Assembly (NCBI GenBank): GCA_905331295.1
Contig: CAJNYD010000407.1
Coordinates: 62,001 to 126,000 of the forward strand
Reading direction: 5' to 3'
Source of the DNA: Rotaria socialis
Lineage: Eukaryota
Length of the DNA stretch: 64,000 nucleotides
The notes beneath the pieces are model-generated. The model was given only the letters and a program-made list of their open reading frames with translations. It had not been told where the DNA came from and searched no databases. Of the stretch, positions 31,721-46,100 are shown piece by piece (the first letter of the stretch is position 1; every line of letters starts with the position of its first letter). The translations under genes were made by a program, and so were the position numbers.

Positions 31721-33012
31721 TCAAACAGCAATAGAACAGATAGCTAAAGCAAGTAAAGAAGAAAGAAAAATACTGAACGTATTCACTTGTTGTTTTTGAC
31801 CAGCATTCCATCTGTTACCATAATAACTACTGCCTCCCATCCCTGATTGATAATTAGATGAATAACTTGGACGATTATAATTGCTTCCACTATTATAACC
31901 TGAATAGTAACCACCTGAGCTTGGATATTGATTGTAACTAGAACCATATTGTCCCAACCCTGTACCATACTGTCCTATTCCTTGACCAAACTGTCCCACT
32001 CCTTGACCAAACTGTCCCCCTCCTTGGCCATATTGCCCATCTAGAAATGAATAGAAAATAAATTTCATGTTACGGCTATGAACAATATATATCATATGAA
32101 CACGTATGAAGTAATACAATATCCATGACTGTAAAACTCTGTACTTACATTGTCCAGTTCCATATGGGTTTATATTACCGATACCCGGTTGATTATAGCC
32201 GGCACCCATTTGACCTTGATATGGATAATATTGTCGACCAGCTTGATTTTGTCCTAAGCTACCATCTTTTGGTAATCCTATTTCACTTTGACCAACATGT
32301 TGTTGACCTTGAGCATTCAAAATTTGAGAATTTGGTCTTTGTGGTAGTTGTCGAGCTTCTGGTTTAGAATTGAATTCATTTAATTGTGAGTTTGGATTAA
32401 CTGCGTGTCGTCGAAGACGACGAGCTCGATTTGCATCAGTCCCTGAAAACCAAAATAATAATATTGATAGCCAATGATTAATCAGCTTCATACTATTTAC
32501 ATATATATAGGTACTTTACATGTACATACACTTAAACATTTTCTGTTAAATTAATATATATTTTTTATTACTGAATTCGATGGTAGAAAAAAAAGGTCAT
32601 CGTCACTCTGTTGTCGTGCATTAATAAATCTGTATTATGGTGTTCTTAATCTCTGACTAACCTTTTATTTCATTTTATTTTCTTGAAGGTCAAATACTTC
32701 AAGGTACTGATTCACAGGAATTATCAATTACATTTAATCTACTAGTCGTTTACAAAATCTTCAATAGGCTTCGATTTGTGTGTTAAGATACAATTTTAAA
32801 GTAACAAAATTCATCTCACTAGCGTTATTCGAAGGTTTTGCCTACAGGTGCTTACTCACAATTCATATATTTATGAGACATTTTTCAAGGTTACTTTCTT
32901 GTTTGACACCTTCTATCAAATTCGTATAAGTTGCGAACAACAATAAAATAATATACGTACCTATAATATATAATACCGAGAGAGTGATAATCACTTTCCA
33001 AAGAATAGCCAT
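31721..33012 (-). CDS. Secreted, putatively GPI-anchored Gly/Gln/Tyr/Asn/Ser-rich protein
   Basis: Exons 33012-32961 (signal MAILWKVIITLSVIYIIG), 32442-32149, 32040-31721 in frame; RARRLRR basic site; GQ(F/Y)GQG repeats; terminal hydrophobic tail FSIFLSSLLALAICSIAV*. Confidence 0.85.
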
Positions 33013-34592
33013 TAAAATTGACTAATTTTTTTATTTTATATGAATATTAAATCTAATTGAAGAAGCAAATGACAAACCAGCTATGATATATGTTGAAAAA
33101 AAAATTATGCAAAATGTTGAAAAAAGAAACGTAGAAAAAAATTCCCCCAAGCATTCGAAATCTTTTTCTCTTGTGTTTCTTTTCTTCTCTTTTTTCTTTC
33201 TTTCTCGGTTTTAGCAATAAAACTATCGTAAAATAAATGACGACAAAAAGGAGAGAACGACAAATGACGGTAGTGAAAGGAATTGTCGGGTGTGGACACT
33301 AACATAAACTTTTCTTCTGTCCTTTTTTTTACTTTCTTTGTCGCTGTCTCTCTCTCTCTCTCTCAAATTTTCATTTTGGTACCTTCTCGCGCGGTTAGAG
33401 TTCTTTTTTTTTTTCGTTTCTTTCCTTCTTTCTTTCTGCACGCAAACTGTCTGTAATATTTCTATCAACGTAGTAGTAAAGTTTGTCATATGTTCATCTA
33501 TAATTCTGTCAGTAGTACATTTAGACGAAGAAACAAGCATGTTAGGCGTCGTCTCTATCTTGATCTGCTTCTCGGTATATATTTGATGACGTGCACTAGT
33601 CACCAAGCAGACTTGTCATCATCTTTCTTTCTACTCGTGTAGTATAGGTCAGCATTTGTGCAATGTCTCATGTGCCTGTTACCTCTACAAATATAAACAC
33701 GAAATGATAAAGCATTTGTTCTGCTTCGTTGTACGTAATATTAATGGAATTTTTCTCTCTACTACTTGTCACTGTTATGATACACTTTTTTTTTTTGTAA
33801 ACCGTACAGTCTACGTATAGTTACATTTGTCTTCCTTGTTGCGTGGTACACGAAAAGCATATATTTTATCAGCGTATGCAACACCATTGAAAACCGTAAT
33901 TTCCTTCAATGTTCTGCTTATTGAAAGGCAAATAAAATCATATTCAAGCCCAAATGTACATGCTCGATTGACGAGAAAAAAAATAGTGTTCACTTCTCTT
34001 TTTTATAATGTATTGTGAGAAAAGCTATACATATAATTTACATTTTTAACGACGTGAGAGAAGAAAAAAAACATTATAGTTTCGCCATATTGTCTAGGTT
34101 TCTGCAAGCCGTCGGCCATGAAAGCAGCAGTGACAACGAAAAACAACAGTAAAGCACTTACGAAATTAACCAAATTTTCCACAAGAGTTGGCGCCTTTTT
34201 ATCGCCGTAAGGTTTTTAAAATATGTACATGTTTCTCTTTTTTTTGTCAACGTGCGTTACGAATCAACCATATTAATAAAAACTAAATTGCCTTTTCAGT
34301 CAGTTCCTTTCTTATATAGATTATCGATATTAGTATTTTATTTTCTTATCGTTTTAAAGAACAAAACGAAAAGCCATTTGGAATGAATATTTTTTTTATC
34401 AATCATTAACATCATAGAGAACAAAAATAGAATGGCATTCGTTGAGATTTGTTACAGATTAACTATAATATTTGTTAGATACTTTTTAAGTATAATAACT
34501 CACTATTTAATTTCGATCAAACATGTGCATCAGAACTCGTATGGTATGAGTTTTTGATGAATAATTGAAAAAATGAGTAATAATATGATTAA

Positions 34593-34595
<3 letters not shown>

Positions 34596-34623
<28 letters not shown>

Positions 34624-34633
34624 CGTGATGATG
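34596..34633. repeat. (GAT)n microsatellite
   Basis: Run of gat units with one interruption. Confidence 0.85.
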
Positions 34634-35730
34634 AATCAGAATGGTTCTGATATTGAAATATAAAAAAACAGCATATGTCAATCATGACATTTATTTGATA
34701 CCACACATTTTGATGCTGAAGGTTATTCTAACAAGAGGAACAGAAGAAAACGAGGGAGACACACACAACGATCCCGTTTTATTTAAAATGCATATATGAT
34801 ACGATTGAGATCATTAATACCGAGAAATAGATAACATTTCGACAAATAAAAAAGCATCTATATATAAATTATTAGTCATAGGAACTACCTAGAAGGGCTG
34901 AAAACAATATCGACGACTATTCCTAAGAATATATCAGAAAATTATTCAGTGCATTATTAATTCTAAAATCATTATTGATCTATAGCTTCGTAAGGATATA
35001 AAACTAATGAATCAAAATTTGTTTCAAGAATTTTTTTATTACTTCTGCTGTATATATGTTGTAAGGTGATATTTTATCGACGGGTTCGATAATAATTTGA
35101 ACTTGAATTAAGAGGTGATATGAAACAGTAATCAACGAGTCCTTTTTTATGTTGATCATCGACAAATGTTAGTTTTGGAAGAATTTTTTTTCTTCTTCTA
35201 CCTTCAAGATTTATTTCGTTGACAACGAATTTGGCAAATTCAACGACCAACATCTTGAAGTATCACTTAAAAAATTAAATACAAAAATAACAAAGCATAG
35301 AAAAGAATTTAACTTGATAGCTCCTCAAAGTTTATTGAAAGTTCATTATATATGGCAAACAAAACTATTGGTTTTGTTTGTAATTCAGTTTGAATCTCAT
35401 TGCCAATAAATTGTCAAAGTTTAATTAAAATAATGATATTGATAAATTGAGTAAAACAAATCGAAATTATAACCAAATACTTTGTTTTTAATTAAGTTTT
35501 ATACAATTAAATTAAATAAAAACACAATTATTCGTTGTATTTTGAATAATAACAGACTATTGTTATTGATCGTATCGATTGAAGAAAGAAAAAGTAGAAA
35601 AAAATATGTTAACAACTATTTTAATCATTTTCGTATACATGGATCGTTGACAACATCTCTACAGGACGTCATTCTCTCTTGCTATTTCATCAATGATCAA
35701 CCTAGTTGTTTTATAGTAACAGAGTAATAC

Positions 35731-37398
35731 ATGACTGAATTAATCGAAATTCGCCAGTTAAAACCAGTAAAAGAACGTCGATCTCATGCACGTTCATATG
35801 CATTTACGGCAGCTAATGCATCATCTGACTCTTCAGAGGATGAAAGTAGTTCCAATGATGAGACGCCATTCGTTTTTAACTCAAAATCTTCAAAAACATC
35901 CAAGAGAAAGAACATAATTCAATCATTACCAGTAATTCTCAATACACAGTCAGTTGAAAAACAGAAAAAAAAGCATCACAAATATATACAACAATTTCTT
36001 ATTAATACGCAACCATCAACACCAAAACCAAAACGAAAAGAAATTGTTATCAAACAAATAATGGAACCATCGCTAATGTCAGGGATTCAATATGTACCTA
36101 TGCCGTCATCGAGACCAATGCAACCAACAATAATCGAAAGAAAACCTCTAGTTTACGAACGTGTTTATACACCGACTTTAGTTGACGAATATTCCAATTA
36201 TTTTTATAGTTTTTACGAGTCACCTTTTAGACGAGGACGATTAATGCGACCTCATCCCTCGAATACAAAAAATGTTCGTTTACCAAAACATTCTAAGACA
36301 CTAGTTAATCGTTTTCTAAGTGGAATAGAACATGCGCACGCGGGTCGAGTAAGTGGAAAATTTTGAAAAACTATTTCTTTTTCTTTATCAATATTGAAAT
36401 TTTGACCGAATTTAGTATGCTGATGAAAGTGATAGTGACTGTAGTATCAACGATTGTAAAGTATGCCGTCGACTTCGATCAGCGATGAATGAAGGAAAAC
36501 GAAGAAGTAATAGTGAAGTAAATATATATAGGGGTAGTCAAATTGTTTTCGATACAGAGGTATGCAGAAAAGAAACGTCCGACTTACAATATTTCTTATT
36601 TTCTTTCGATAAACTAGGAACCATATAGACATAAACATGCTCACTCGAAGAATTGTAAAATATGTGATTTATTAGAAGAATCTGATTTTATTATTTCAAC
36701 AAAAACCGATCGTTCAAGGGTTAGTAACAAAGTGTACCTGTCAGATTGATTTAATACGATAATATTTATTATTTGACTATGTTACAGAAGCCAGGAAAAC
36801 ATGTTCATATGGTCGAAAGTTTTCCATCAAATATTAAACCAACCGTAGAAACAACAACAACGACTACAACAACAGCAACACAACCAAAATCATTAGCTAA
36901 TGATCGATTACCAACAATTTCATCTGTTCCAATGCAACCAGCGTATTATCCAATGCCATATACAACATATGTAGACCCGAACACTGGTTTAACTTATGCC
37001 TATGATCCATCAGGAACTGGATTTAACTATGATTATTCATCTCATTATAATAATCCAGCTTATATACAAAGGTATCTACATGGAAATAGTTTCTAGATAT
37101 TGTTTTATTATCGTTTAGTAATTCACAATACGACATGTATAATAATATTGTACCACCGGTAACAGTTGCTACTAATCCAACAATACAACAACAAGAGCAG
37201 ATTCAAACGACTACAACAGTGAATCCTAATCTGTTGGCCGATAAAGGAACATTAACATATATGCCATCTGATCGAAAAAAACACAAGCGAACAAACAAAA
37301 CGGTAGTTGTTCATACGTCTCGAAATCCGACGCCACCAGCACCAAAAATTATCATTGAACAACCACATCGATCGCGATTACCCCGAAAAATTCAATAA
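35731..37398 (+). CDS. Hypothetical low-complexity protein (5 exons) with two C/H-x3-C-x2-C motifs
   Basis: Exons approximately 35731-36348, 36416-36517, 36619-36719, 36788-37071, 37119-37398 join in frame with GT-AG introns; motifs CSINDCKVC and HAHSKNCKIC; Thr/Pro/Tyr-rich. No family recognised. Confidence 0.7.
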
Positions 37399-40300
37399 AC
37401 TACTGTATTAAAAGAGCGGACTACACAAACACCATATGCAACAACTACTACATATGTTCGTACTTAACATCCTGTTCGTTCTTACTCAAAAACTGTTTTA
37501 CTGTGATTGGCAAAGGCAAGAAGCGACGCGTGATTTGTAAAACGAAAAGAAACTCTAGTAACCCATGACATGTTTACAAATACTAGCAAATATGTTTGTT
37601 GTAATTAAAATTTCATGTGTTTAATATGTATTTTTTTATGAAAACGAGACATTTTCGTAATAAACAAGATCTACCATCGTCTATTTCTATTAAATGTTTA
37701 CCTTTTGTTTTATAATGAACCTATGAATGAATCGCATACAAAACAGTATCGTACAGGTACACCTGTGAAATATTTAAATTGGCGAGTCGAGAACACAATT
37801 GGTTGTGAAAGATTTCTTACACAAATATCTTCATAGGAATACAATAGTAATTAATTTATGAAAACGTAATTCAAACCAAAGATAAATCTCATTCGAATCG
37901 AGAGCAAAAAAATATGGAATCGATTTACTAACGTTTCAGATTTTATTTGTGAACGTGACTTTAGCCGGAAAAAATACTCAGCTATGATATCTTAGACGAT
38001 GTCAATCAAAAAATAGTTTAACTTCAAATTGTTTTATTCTATCAGACTAGGCTAGTCATTTATCTATATTTCAGATTGAATCACCCGACTCGATATAATT
38101 ACCTATATAGTTTTTGTTGGAATCCTAGAGAAACATTTGTGAGTTTTTCCTCCTTAGAAACTTGATATCATACACCGAAACGATTTTAAAACGATTGTAC
38201 GTTTCTTACATCCGGCATAATTAGTTCGTTATGTTGAAATAGTTTAGTTCACTAAAAAATTCATAGCTATAAATCCAGTTTATTAAATTTTCTACAGATA
38301 TACAACAACGCCAAAAATACCATTAAAATTTAACACAATTGTGTGTCCATAAAGAAATCATACTTACTCAGTTGATGAAAATATTTTTTATTCATATAGT
38401 ATTGAAATAGGTTTTAACTTTATTTAAAAGAAAGCAAACATCAGGATTATCACTGGATAACTAATTTATTTAAAAAAATGGTACATAAACGAATGATAGC
38501 TTCTTTTATCATCAGGTATGTAAGAAAAAGTAAATCATATGGGATAACGAGTAAATAGACATAATATTAGTCTAAATTCATTTCTAATATAGACTAAAAG
38601 ATTCTTCCTCTTGCTTCGCTGCGAGTATTTATATCAGATGCAAAATCCTTTTCATAGACTACACGACACACGCTTATCGTAAGACCGAATTCTCACTTAT
38701 TCGTCAGTATATATTGAAGTCAAAATTCAAGGATAGAGTAGGAGATAAACAATATATACGTATATATTGTTAGTTCATATTGTTTGCGAGGTATTCGACA
38801 GGTAAACTTATGTAATATTGAAAGTAAAGTCACTCGAGTTAATCAGGACTACGAGTTTCATATGAAACTTTTTGGGAAGCTAGTGAGATGCATAACTACA
38901 TAAATAGTGTGATATTTTATCATCATAATGATTCATATTCATACTTTCACTGACTTTTGATAAATGTAATCTTTTAATATTATTTGAAGTGTTGGCGTTA
39001 TCTGATAATTTAGACTATTTCGGTTGCATATAATTTTGAGCCAGTATTGACCAATTGTGTTCGCCTAATACGAAAGCATTAATTCAAATATGGTGAATAT
39101 GTTAATAGAAAAAAAAAGCTTAGTCGTATCTTTCTTATTCAACTTGCAAAAAAACAAATTGATTCTAATTTGGTCATGATATTTGTACCACAGCTTAGCC
39201 CTTGTCAAAATGATGTCCACTATTTTGATTTTTCATTAACAAATATGTATCATTGTAATTGATTTTCAATTTTGTAAAGAAATATTTCCTATCAACTACT
39301 TGATTTATTATGTAAACAAATAAAGTATGATCCTAGAACATCGAATGTCTTGTAAGAATGTATGTGATATGGATAAAAGTCAAGCATTCGTATTTAAGAA
39401 ATTAGTATTGTGAACAGAAGCACTGTGATCATCTGCCAAAAAAGAAACAATCAAGTTTTTTGTTTGTATATTTCTATTAATTAAAATATTTGTTTTTCAT
39501 AATACGAGTTAATGTTACGTAGATAAATTAGACTGATCAATCTCGAAACTCTAATCGACATTAGCATATAGCTATTTTACATGACCTATAGTAGTCATAG
39601 TAAACTGTCATATGATGTCTCTAAGGTAAACTTATTTTTTCGTATACCTCTTCGAAAATAATCATTATCAATATATTTTTTACTATGCTATACTGTTGCG
39701 ATTAAAACTAGAATAAGAAATGAGAAATAATTATCTTTTCCAAAGCCAAAATTTTTACAATAGAAATCAAGAAGGTACTGATAACGTAGGTAGTATGAAT
39801 TTAAGTTTTTATGTAAACATGAAATAATTCGAACTGAGTTATCTCATCGCTACATAAATGTTTTAAAAGAGTTCAAAGAGAACAAAATTTGTTTTTTTAC
39901 GCATGATTATAAATCATTTAGATTAGCAAATGCAATTGATACAATTTTATCTAATTTCGAATTTTATTAGAAATCGTGATTATTTCATAAAAATCAAATA
40001 GATTGAATTACCGATAAAATCGATCCTTATCATTACGCGAATTATCAATAAAATCGTTATATAAAATAAAATCTAGATAAAATTGACTTGTTTTTGTATT
40101 TTGATAGTTGATTTCCAAATTATTTAGTATCTTCTATGATACCTACGGTAAGAAACAAATATCTGTTCAGATATCTTTCAGAAATTTTTAATGTAAATTA
40201 AATTTCTAGATTACAGAAGAAGATTTAATATTGATGGCAGTGATGAAGACTACATTTAACTAGACTCTTATTTTTTTTCTTTTATAAAACTAAAAAGATT

Positions 40301-40617
40301 GAAAGTAAGTTTTGCATTTCATCATATTATTCGAGTGTGAATTATGTTGAAAACGATAAATATAAGAGGTTTAATTAATTGTTTTCTCATGATAACATGA
40401 AAGATTGTTTTAATGTATTCGATTTTCCTTATGTTTATAGAAAAAAAATTGAAAAAAAAAGGACTGATTATTATTTTAAAAACGCAGTATGTAAGAAATA
40501 AGAAAAAAAATGATTTAAATGAATAGATCTAGACTAGTATTGATTTTAACACGATTTAGATAATAGAGTTCAGTTCGCTGCTTAATAGTTTCTATTGATA
40601 TACGGCTATTGTTTTGA

Positions 40618-41821
40618 TTATTTTTCATTTTCAGAATAATCTTCTGGATATTCGCTTTCATCTTCAACTTCTTCACCACCTTCTTCGTGTTGCGCAGGTG
40701 CTGGTGGAGGAGCTGGTCTTGGTGTTGTTGGTTCTACCTGATATTCATTATCATTTGAGTCATCATCTTCATGGGCGGGACCTGGTTGTGGTTGTGGTGG
40801 TGGTGGTGGGGGTGGAGTTTGAGGGTTTGGTACTGGATAGTAACCTGGTTGGTTGTATGGATATTGATTGTATGGATCATATGGAGGATATNTTGAGGTT
40901 GAGGTTGAGGTTGAGGTTGTGGTTGAGGTTGTGGTTGTGGTGGTGGTGGTGGAGGATAATAGCCGCCATCTGTTACCTGAAAGAATTTGATTTTATGAAG
41001 AAGATCCAACTAAAAATCATGAGAAGAAATCTTACTTGTAAATCGATCGAAGCTTGTTCATTAGCATTGCCTGTACCAGCGCTACATTCATATCGACCGG
41101 CTTCACTTCGGGTCGCATCTGGAACTGTAAGACGTGCGATTTTACGATTACCTGGAAGAGCTGTGCTTTGTACTTTGAATGGTAATGGCTAGAATAAAAG
41201 ATTACTTCTTAAAATAAGAATAAATTAAAATGTACTACACGTATTTACCTGGTTGCCACCTCGTGACCAACGTGGTTGAGCATATTGATTATTAGGTGCA
41301 ATGACTTCACAATCAAAGTAAATACTTTGTCCACTTGATACTCGAGCTCCTTCATCAGGTCCATAGATGTATACATCAGCACGACTTGCTTGTTGTTGAG
41401 GTTGATTGTATGCATATTGGTTGCGTGGATCATAAGTTGGCTGTGGACCTCGATTATCTTGAAGTGTTTGTGGTTCTTGTCGATATTGAATTCCCATGCT
41501 TCTAGCATATTCCCATGGTATACATCTTTCACAACATTCACCCGGTAAAGTTCCTGCTACGAAATCTTTACCACAATTAGGTATAGCACATGTACGAGGA
41601 TTACAACTTGGATCTAAATTAAATTGTTACAAGAGTTGTTGTTTTTTCTTTTACAATACTTCTCATCGATTCTCACCAGTTCGAGCCTGACGTTTGACTA
41701 ATCGTTTCAATAGGCTAGTTTCCCGACGACTTAATTGGTGTGTCGATGAAGCAAGTAGCTTCGTCGTACTGACCACGCAAACAGCCACACACAAAACAAT
41801 TGATACTAGGACGAGTTTCAT
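40618..41821 (-). CDS. Secreted protein: signal peptide, propeptide, partial VWC-like Cys module, one Ig domain, Pro/Gln/Tyr-rich linker, acidic tail
   Basis: Exons 41821-41677, 41613-~41250, ~41188-41037, ~40977-40618. MKLVLVSIVLCVAVCVVS signal, KRLVKR site, CNPRTCAIPNC...GECCERC, Ig motifs FDC...W...LTV...AGRYEC. A single N at 40892 shifts the frame; beyond it the PPYDPYNQ...EDYSENEK* frame resumes. Confidence 0.82.
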
Positions 41822-43090
41822 TCTAAAATAAATATATAAAAAAGAACAAACCTTGACTTTATATAATATTCAAAGAGAAGAATAGGACATCTTCTATATA
41901 GTCATTTTTTCTTCTCTAATGCAAACCGAAATTGAAAGGCTATTTTGTATGGTGCCTTTTTATCTTGCTTATCTCATTTTCTCCCATGCTGCAAACGTGA
42001 GCTGTAGATGAAATGAAATCCGTTCCCTTTGCCTTTCTCGCTTTTCATCTCTCTCTCTCTCTCTCTCTATACCACTTTTTGTCCTATTGTTGAGGATGGT
42101 ATAGGCCTTTTTCTTCATCATTTATTCAATTCAAGATAAATTTTTTCTCCTTCTTCCTTCATTCAGCAAGGTTATGTATACGTGTCCTATCTCGCTTGAC
42201 TAATAATTATCATCTTCTGTTTGTTCACTCTCTCTCGCTCTCACTCTCTAGTTTTTTCGATCCGGTAAAAAAAAATACATACAGCAAGTCTACTCATATT
42301 AATTTTTTTTTTTTTTTGAACTGAATAGTTTACTTATATTTTAAACTTAGGATGTACAGCGAAAAAAAGGAATCCTTTCAATACAATAAAAAAATCTTTA
42401 AGGGAGAAAGAAAGAAAAAAAAACATTTTCATCATTTTTAATCAAACAAATGCCAGTGAAAAAAAAATTATCGAACCTTGTCGACTATAGGTCGGAATGT
42501 TTATTTTGAAACAGTATAAGAGAACGTATGAAAAGCAGGTTTTGACGTTATCTTTGTAATTTAAAATTTTGTTGCCATTAAATATAAAAATAGATGTGAA
42601 ATTTAAGACATCTTCTGTCTATCGATCGGTTTGCATTGGTAAGTATCGAGAGTATTCGTGTTTCTTTCATCAAGTAACGATTGTTCTTGTAATAGTTATT
42701 TCTTTCTTTAGGTTTATCAATTTTACTTTTCATGAATACAGAGAATAAAAATCCTAATTTTTTGTGACATTAAAAGTATCTGATGCATACGGAAACAGAA
42801 AAAGGCTTATCTGAGTTGTTCTCAATGTTCATACGAAATAAATAGTTTCCAGTCAATCGAAGAGACTCTTATAGTATGAACTCTTACAGCAACATAGGAC
42901 TATTGACTATTAGTAGATTGGTTAAAAATATAAATTTCGTGATTTTTACCTTCAATTTATAGTAAAAAATAATACTTATAGGTATATGCGTGATATGCTT
43001 TAAATAGAAATACAGTATAATCAAACAGAGACGAGAAGAACAAAAATGGTTATTCAAATTCATACACGAGTTTTTGTCTGCATCATTAGT

Positions 43091-43112
43091 ATGTATATAT
43101 ATGTGTGTATAG

Positions 43113-43148
<36 letters not shown>

Positions 43149-43150
43149 AT
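43091..43150. repeat. Compound (TA)n/(TG)n microsatellite
   Basis: Alternating TA and TG dinucleotide runs. Confidence 0.85.
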
Positions 43151-46100
43151 AGAAATGTTTGAGTTTTGTTTCGCAATGGAACAGTAAGTATAGTATTAAA
43201 AAGTATTCAACAGAGAATAAGAGGTATGTTTGAAAAGAAGTGCAATAAAGCAAGGAATATAGAAAGGAAATTAAACCATTTAGATGTCATAATATATTTA
43301 GAAGCAATAAAAGTCATTCTTATTGAATTTTTTTAGATTATATTCCTAAAGAAAAAAAAAGGTTCTATTGAACGGAAAGGATGAATGAAAAGAAGGTGAG
43401 ACGATGGCTTTGATCATATGCTGAAATAAATGAATTTCAAACGAATCTATCACCAAGATGACAAATATATATATGAATGAACAGTTCAAGAAAGGCATGA
43501 ATTAACAATAGGAAAAAGAACGTTTCGATGATTATCTTTTTATAACATTTTATTTATGTACATGAAAAAATTCAGCAGAATCGAAAACGGAAACGATGAA
43601 ACGATAAAATCGCATGATATTTGATGGATTATTATTACTTTGCTCTCATAAGAATATTCCAAGTCAATTTTTGCTACTTCGAGCAGTAATTGAGAGAGAA
43701 CAAAAAAAGATACATTATATCAGTATGGCAGATAGTATCTTAAATTAATTATACAACGATCGAAATTCTCATGCAAGTACGTGCTGAATTGGCAGTGATA
43801 ACAATGGCATGCAAATAGGAACATTTTTTTTTCAAAGGCTTTGACTATATCACTAAACGAAGTGTTTTTTCTACGAATAATTATATTCGGTATGAATGAA
43901 ATCATTCGCAAATTGCTCTTTATAAACTCTTATTAATATAAGGGAAGAATCTATATGTAATATGAGATAAGGTAACATTATTCTTCTTCTTCTTTTCTCT
44001 GTCATAAAATAAAGAACTACTTATCTCTCGCGAGTAGCAAAGTGGAAGCTTTTATCACACATGACTAAAATTATGAAGTATTTGTGTAACAAAGAAATAG
44101 ATTTGAAGGGCACTTCTCATATTACTTCTTGTTAGTTGTTTATTAAGTGATCGTCCGAACTCAAATAGATTTCGAAAGTCAAATGATGTTCAATGATTTA
44201 TTCATATTATCTGAACATGTCGCCAATTTCTTTTTATATCAAAAAAAGAGCTAGTAAATTTAAATTATTATAACGAACACATTTTTTAGGTTTTGTTCAG
44301 TTTTTTTCTTCTTCTGTGATCAAGATGTATGTGCAAGTGAAATATATGTTTAACTGAACGATAAATTCTTGAAAAATCACTTGATTGTAAATATCGAATT
44401 CTTATCGATTGATTTCACTCTCAAGTTTTTCATAGCTATTAAATAGTTTCAAGTTACACTTGCATATAAAAATAGATGGTTTATATTTCTAATTGTCTTA
44501 TGCGAATGTATTTTTTTCTTATATAAGAAATTCATGCATTTAATGTCAGATTTAGATATGCATACATGTTTTTATAGCAATATCTACTGAATTGTAGATG
44601 TTAATAAAACTTAACATGGGTTTATAAAACAATTTCAAGCACATTTGTTAAACTTCATAGAGAAATAAATCGAAATCACGTAATTTATCACCACAGTTCT
44701 GTAGCAAATGACGTAGTTTCTTTTTTTTTTAATAAAGAACATTTTTTCTTGACTTTGTACCAAGCATAGTATCATGGACTTTGAATAGAATGCAAATAAC
44801 TGTGAGTAACATGTATTTTAATTAAAAAAATCTTATCTGCAACAAAGCAACTGAGAAACAAATACTTTTCAAAAAAAGAAAAAATTGCCAACTTCGATAA
44901 ATGCTCTAAATACCATAGATTTAAAAATGCATCGATGTTACTTGAGTATATGTAATGAATTATATAAATTTAGCTGTAAACATGTTGTTGAAAAGTATAG
45001 AAAAATGTTTACTGAAACAAGATTGTATAATTATTAGAGAAAAAATTGAAAAAAACAATGACGTTCCAGCAATTTTCAAAACCGTATCCTACCTTATTTA
45101 ATGAAAACTATATTCTATTCAATTAGTTATAATAATTTTAGTTTTTGAATACAATTTATTATTGATAGAAAATTTTTCTAATTAACTATTTTGTTTTCAT
45201 ACGCCAGCGAACGCTTGATGACTGATGTTATTTCTATTGAACACACTTTTTCCCTCTTCTATTTTTCATATTTTTCATTCTGAAAAACGATGATTTAACC
45301 TTTTGACAGTAGTACGTTGAACACAATAGACAATGATATGAACTAAATGTGATACATTAATCATGCTGGAAGAAATTTTCTTTCCTACTATTTGGCCACA
45401 ATATATAATAGGTTATTATACTCTATTAAGAAATGCCGTTATTGAAAAAAAAGGCATACAAATAAATGGCTATCTATTGGTAGTAGCTGTTACCATTGGT
45501 ATGACAATAAACTTGATAGTATTCTGTAGTTTCGGAAGAAAAAAAGGCCATGGAATTGTATCTAAGGAGATTGTAATCAACATTGAAAGAAAGAAATTTT
45601 TATTTATTCTACTCATAAGAAATGGTTATACACAAAAATATTCTTCCTTGCCATGACTAGTATTTGGATAGTGGTATCCAATTTTTAATTGTGAAGTGTT
45701 ATTTTATAAATTAGAAATGTTGAGATTTCATCTTTAGTTTCTGACTCTAATCTATTCTGTAGCATTCAATGCATTCATATTCAGTTTAACTTTAGATATA
45801 TTTGGATATTCAACATTATTCAAATCTCATTGATTCACTAGATCAACTAATTTAATAGATTTTAGATTATTATAAATAGATTTTTATAAAAATTCCTATT
45901 CTAGGAAATATCCGTACATTCTCTCTGTTTCATTTTTAAAATTTCTTCTGGATAAAGTAGAGCTAGAAGATATGCAACAATAATCTTTGTGATTATTGAA
46001 TTTATAACTTTCTTATTTCATGTCTCAATATATAATTAGTCAAGCCAACAATATTAAATCTGTAGGTTACCTCATAAACATTATGAAGTTTAATTATGTT

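Noticed and set aside
40892..40892. Apparent frameshift or pseudogene in the Ig-domain gene
   Set aside because: Coincides with an N at the edge of a tandem repeat; most likely an assembly artefact.
40614..41192. 192-aa plus-strand ORF with poly-V/W/LR
   Set aside because: Antisense shadow of the Pro/Gln-rich exon of the Ig-domain gene.
45363..45656. 97-aa hydrophobic ORF
   Set aside because: Composition expected from AT-rich noncoding DNA; no family or splice support.
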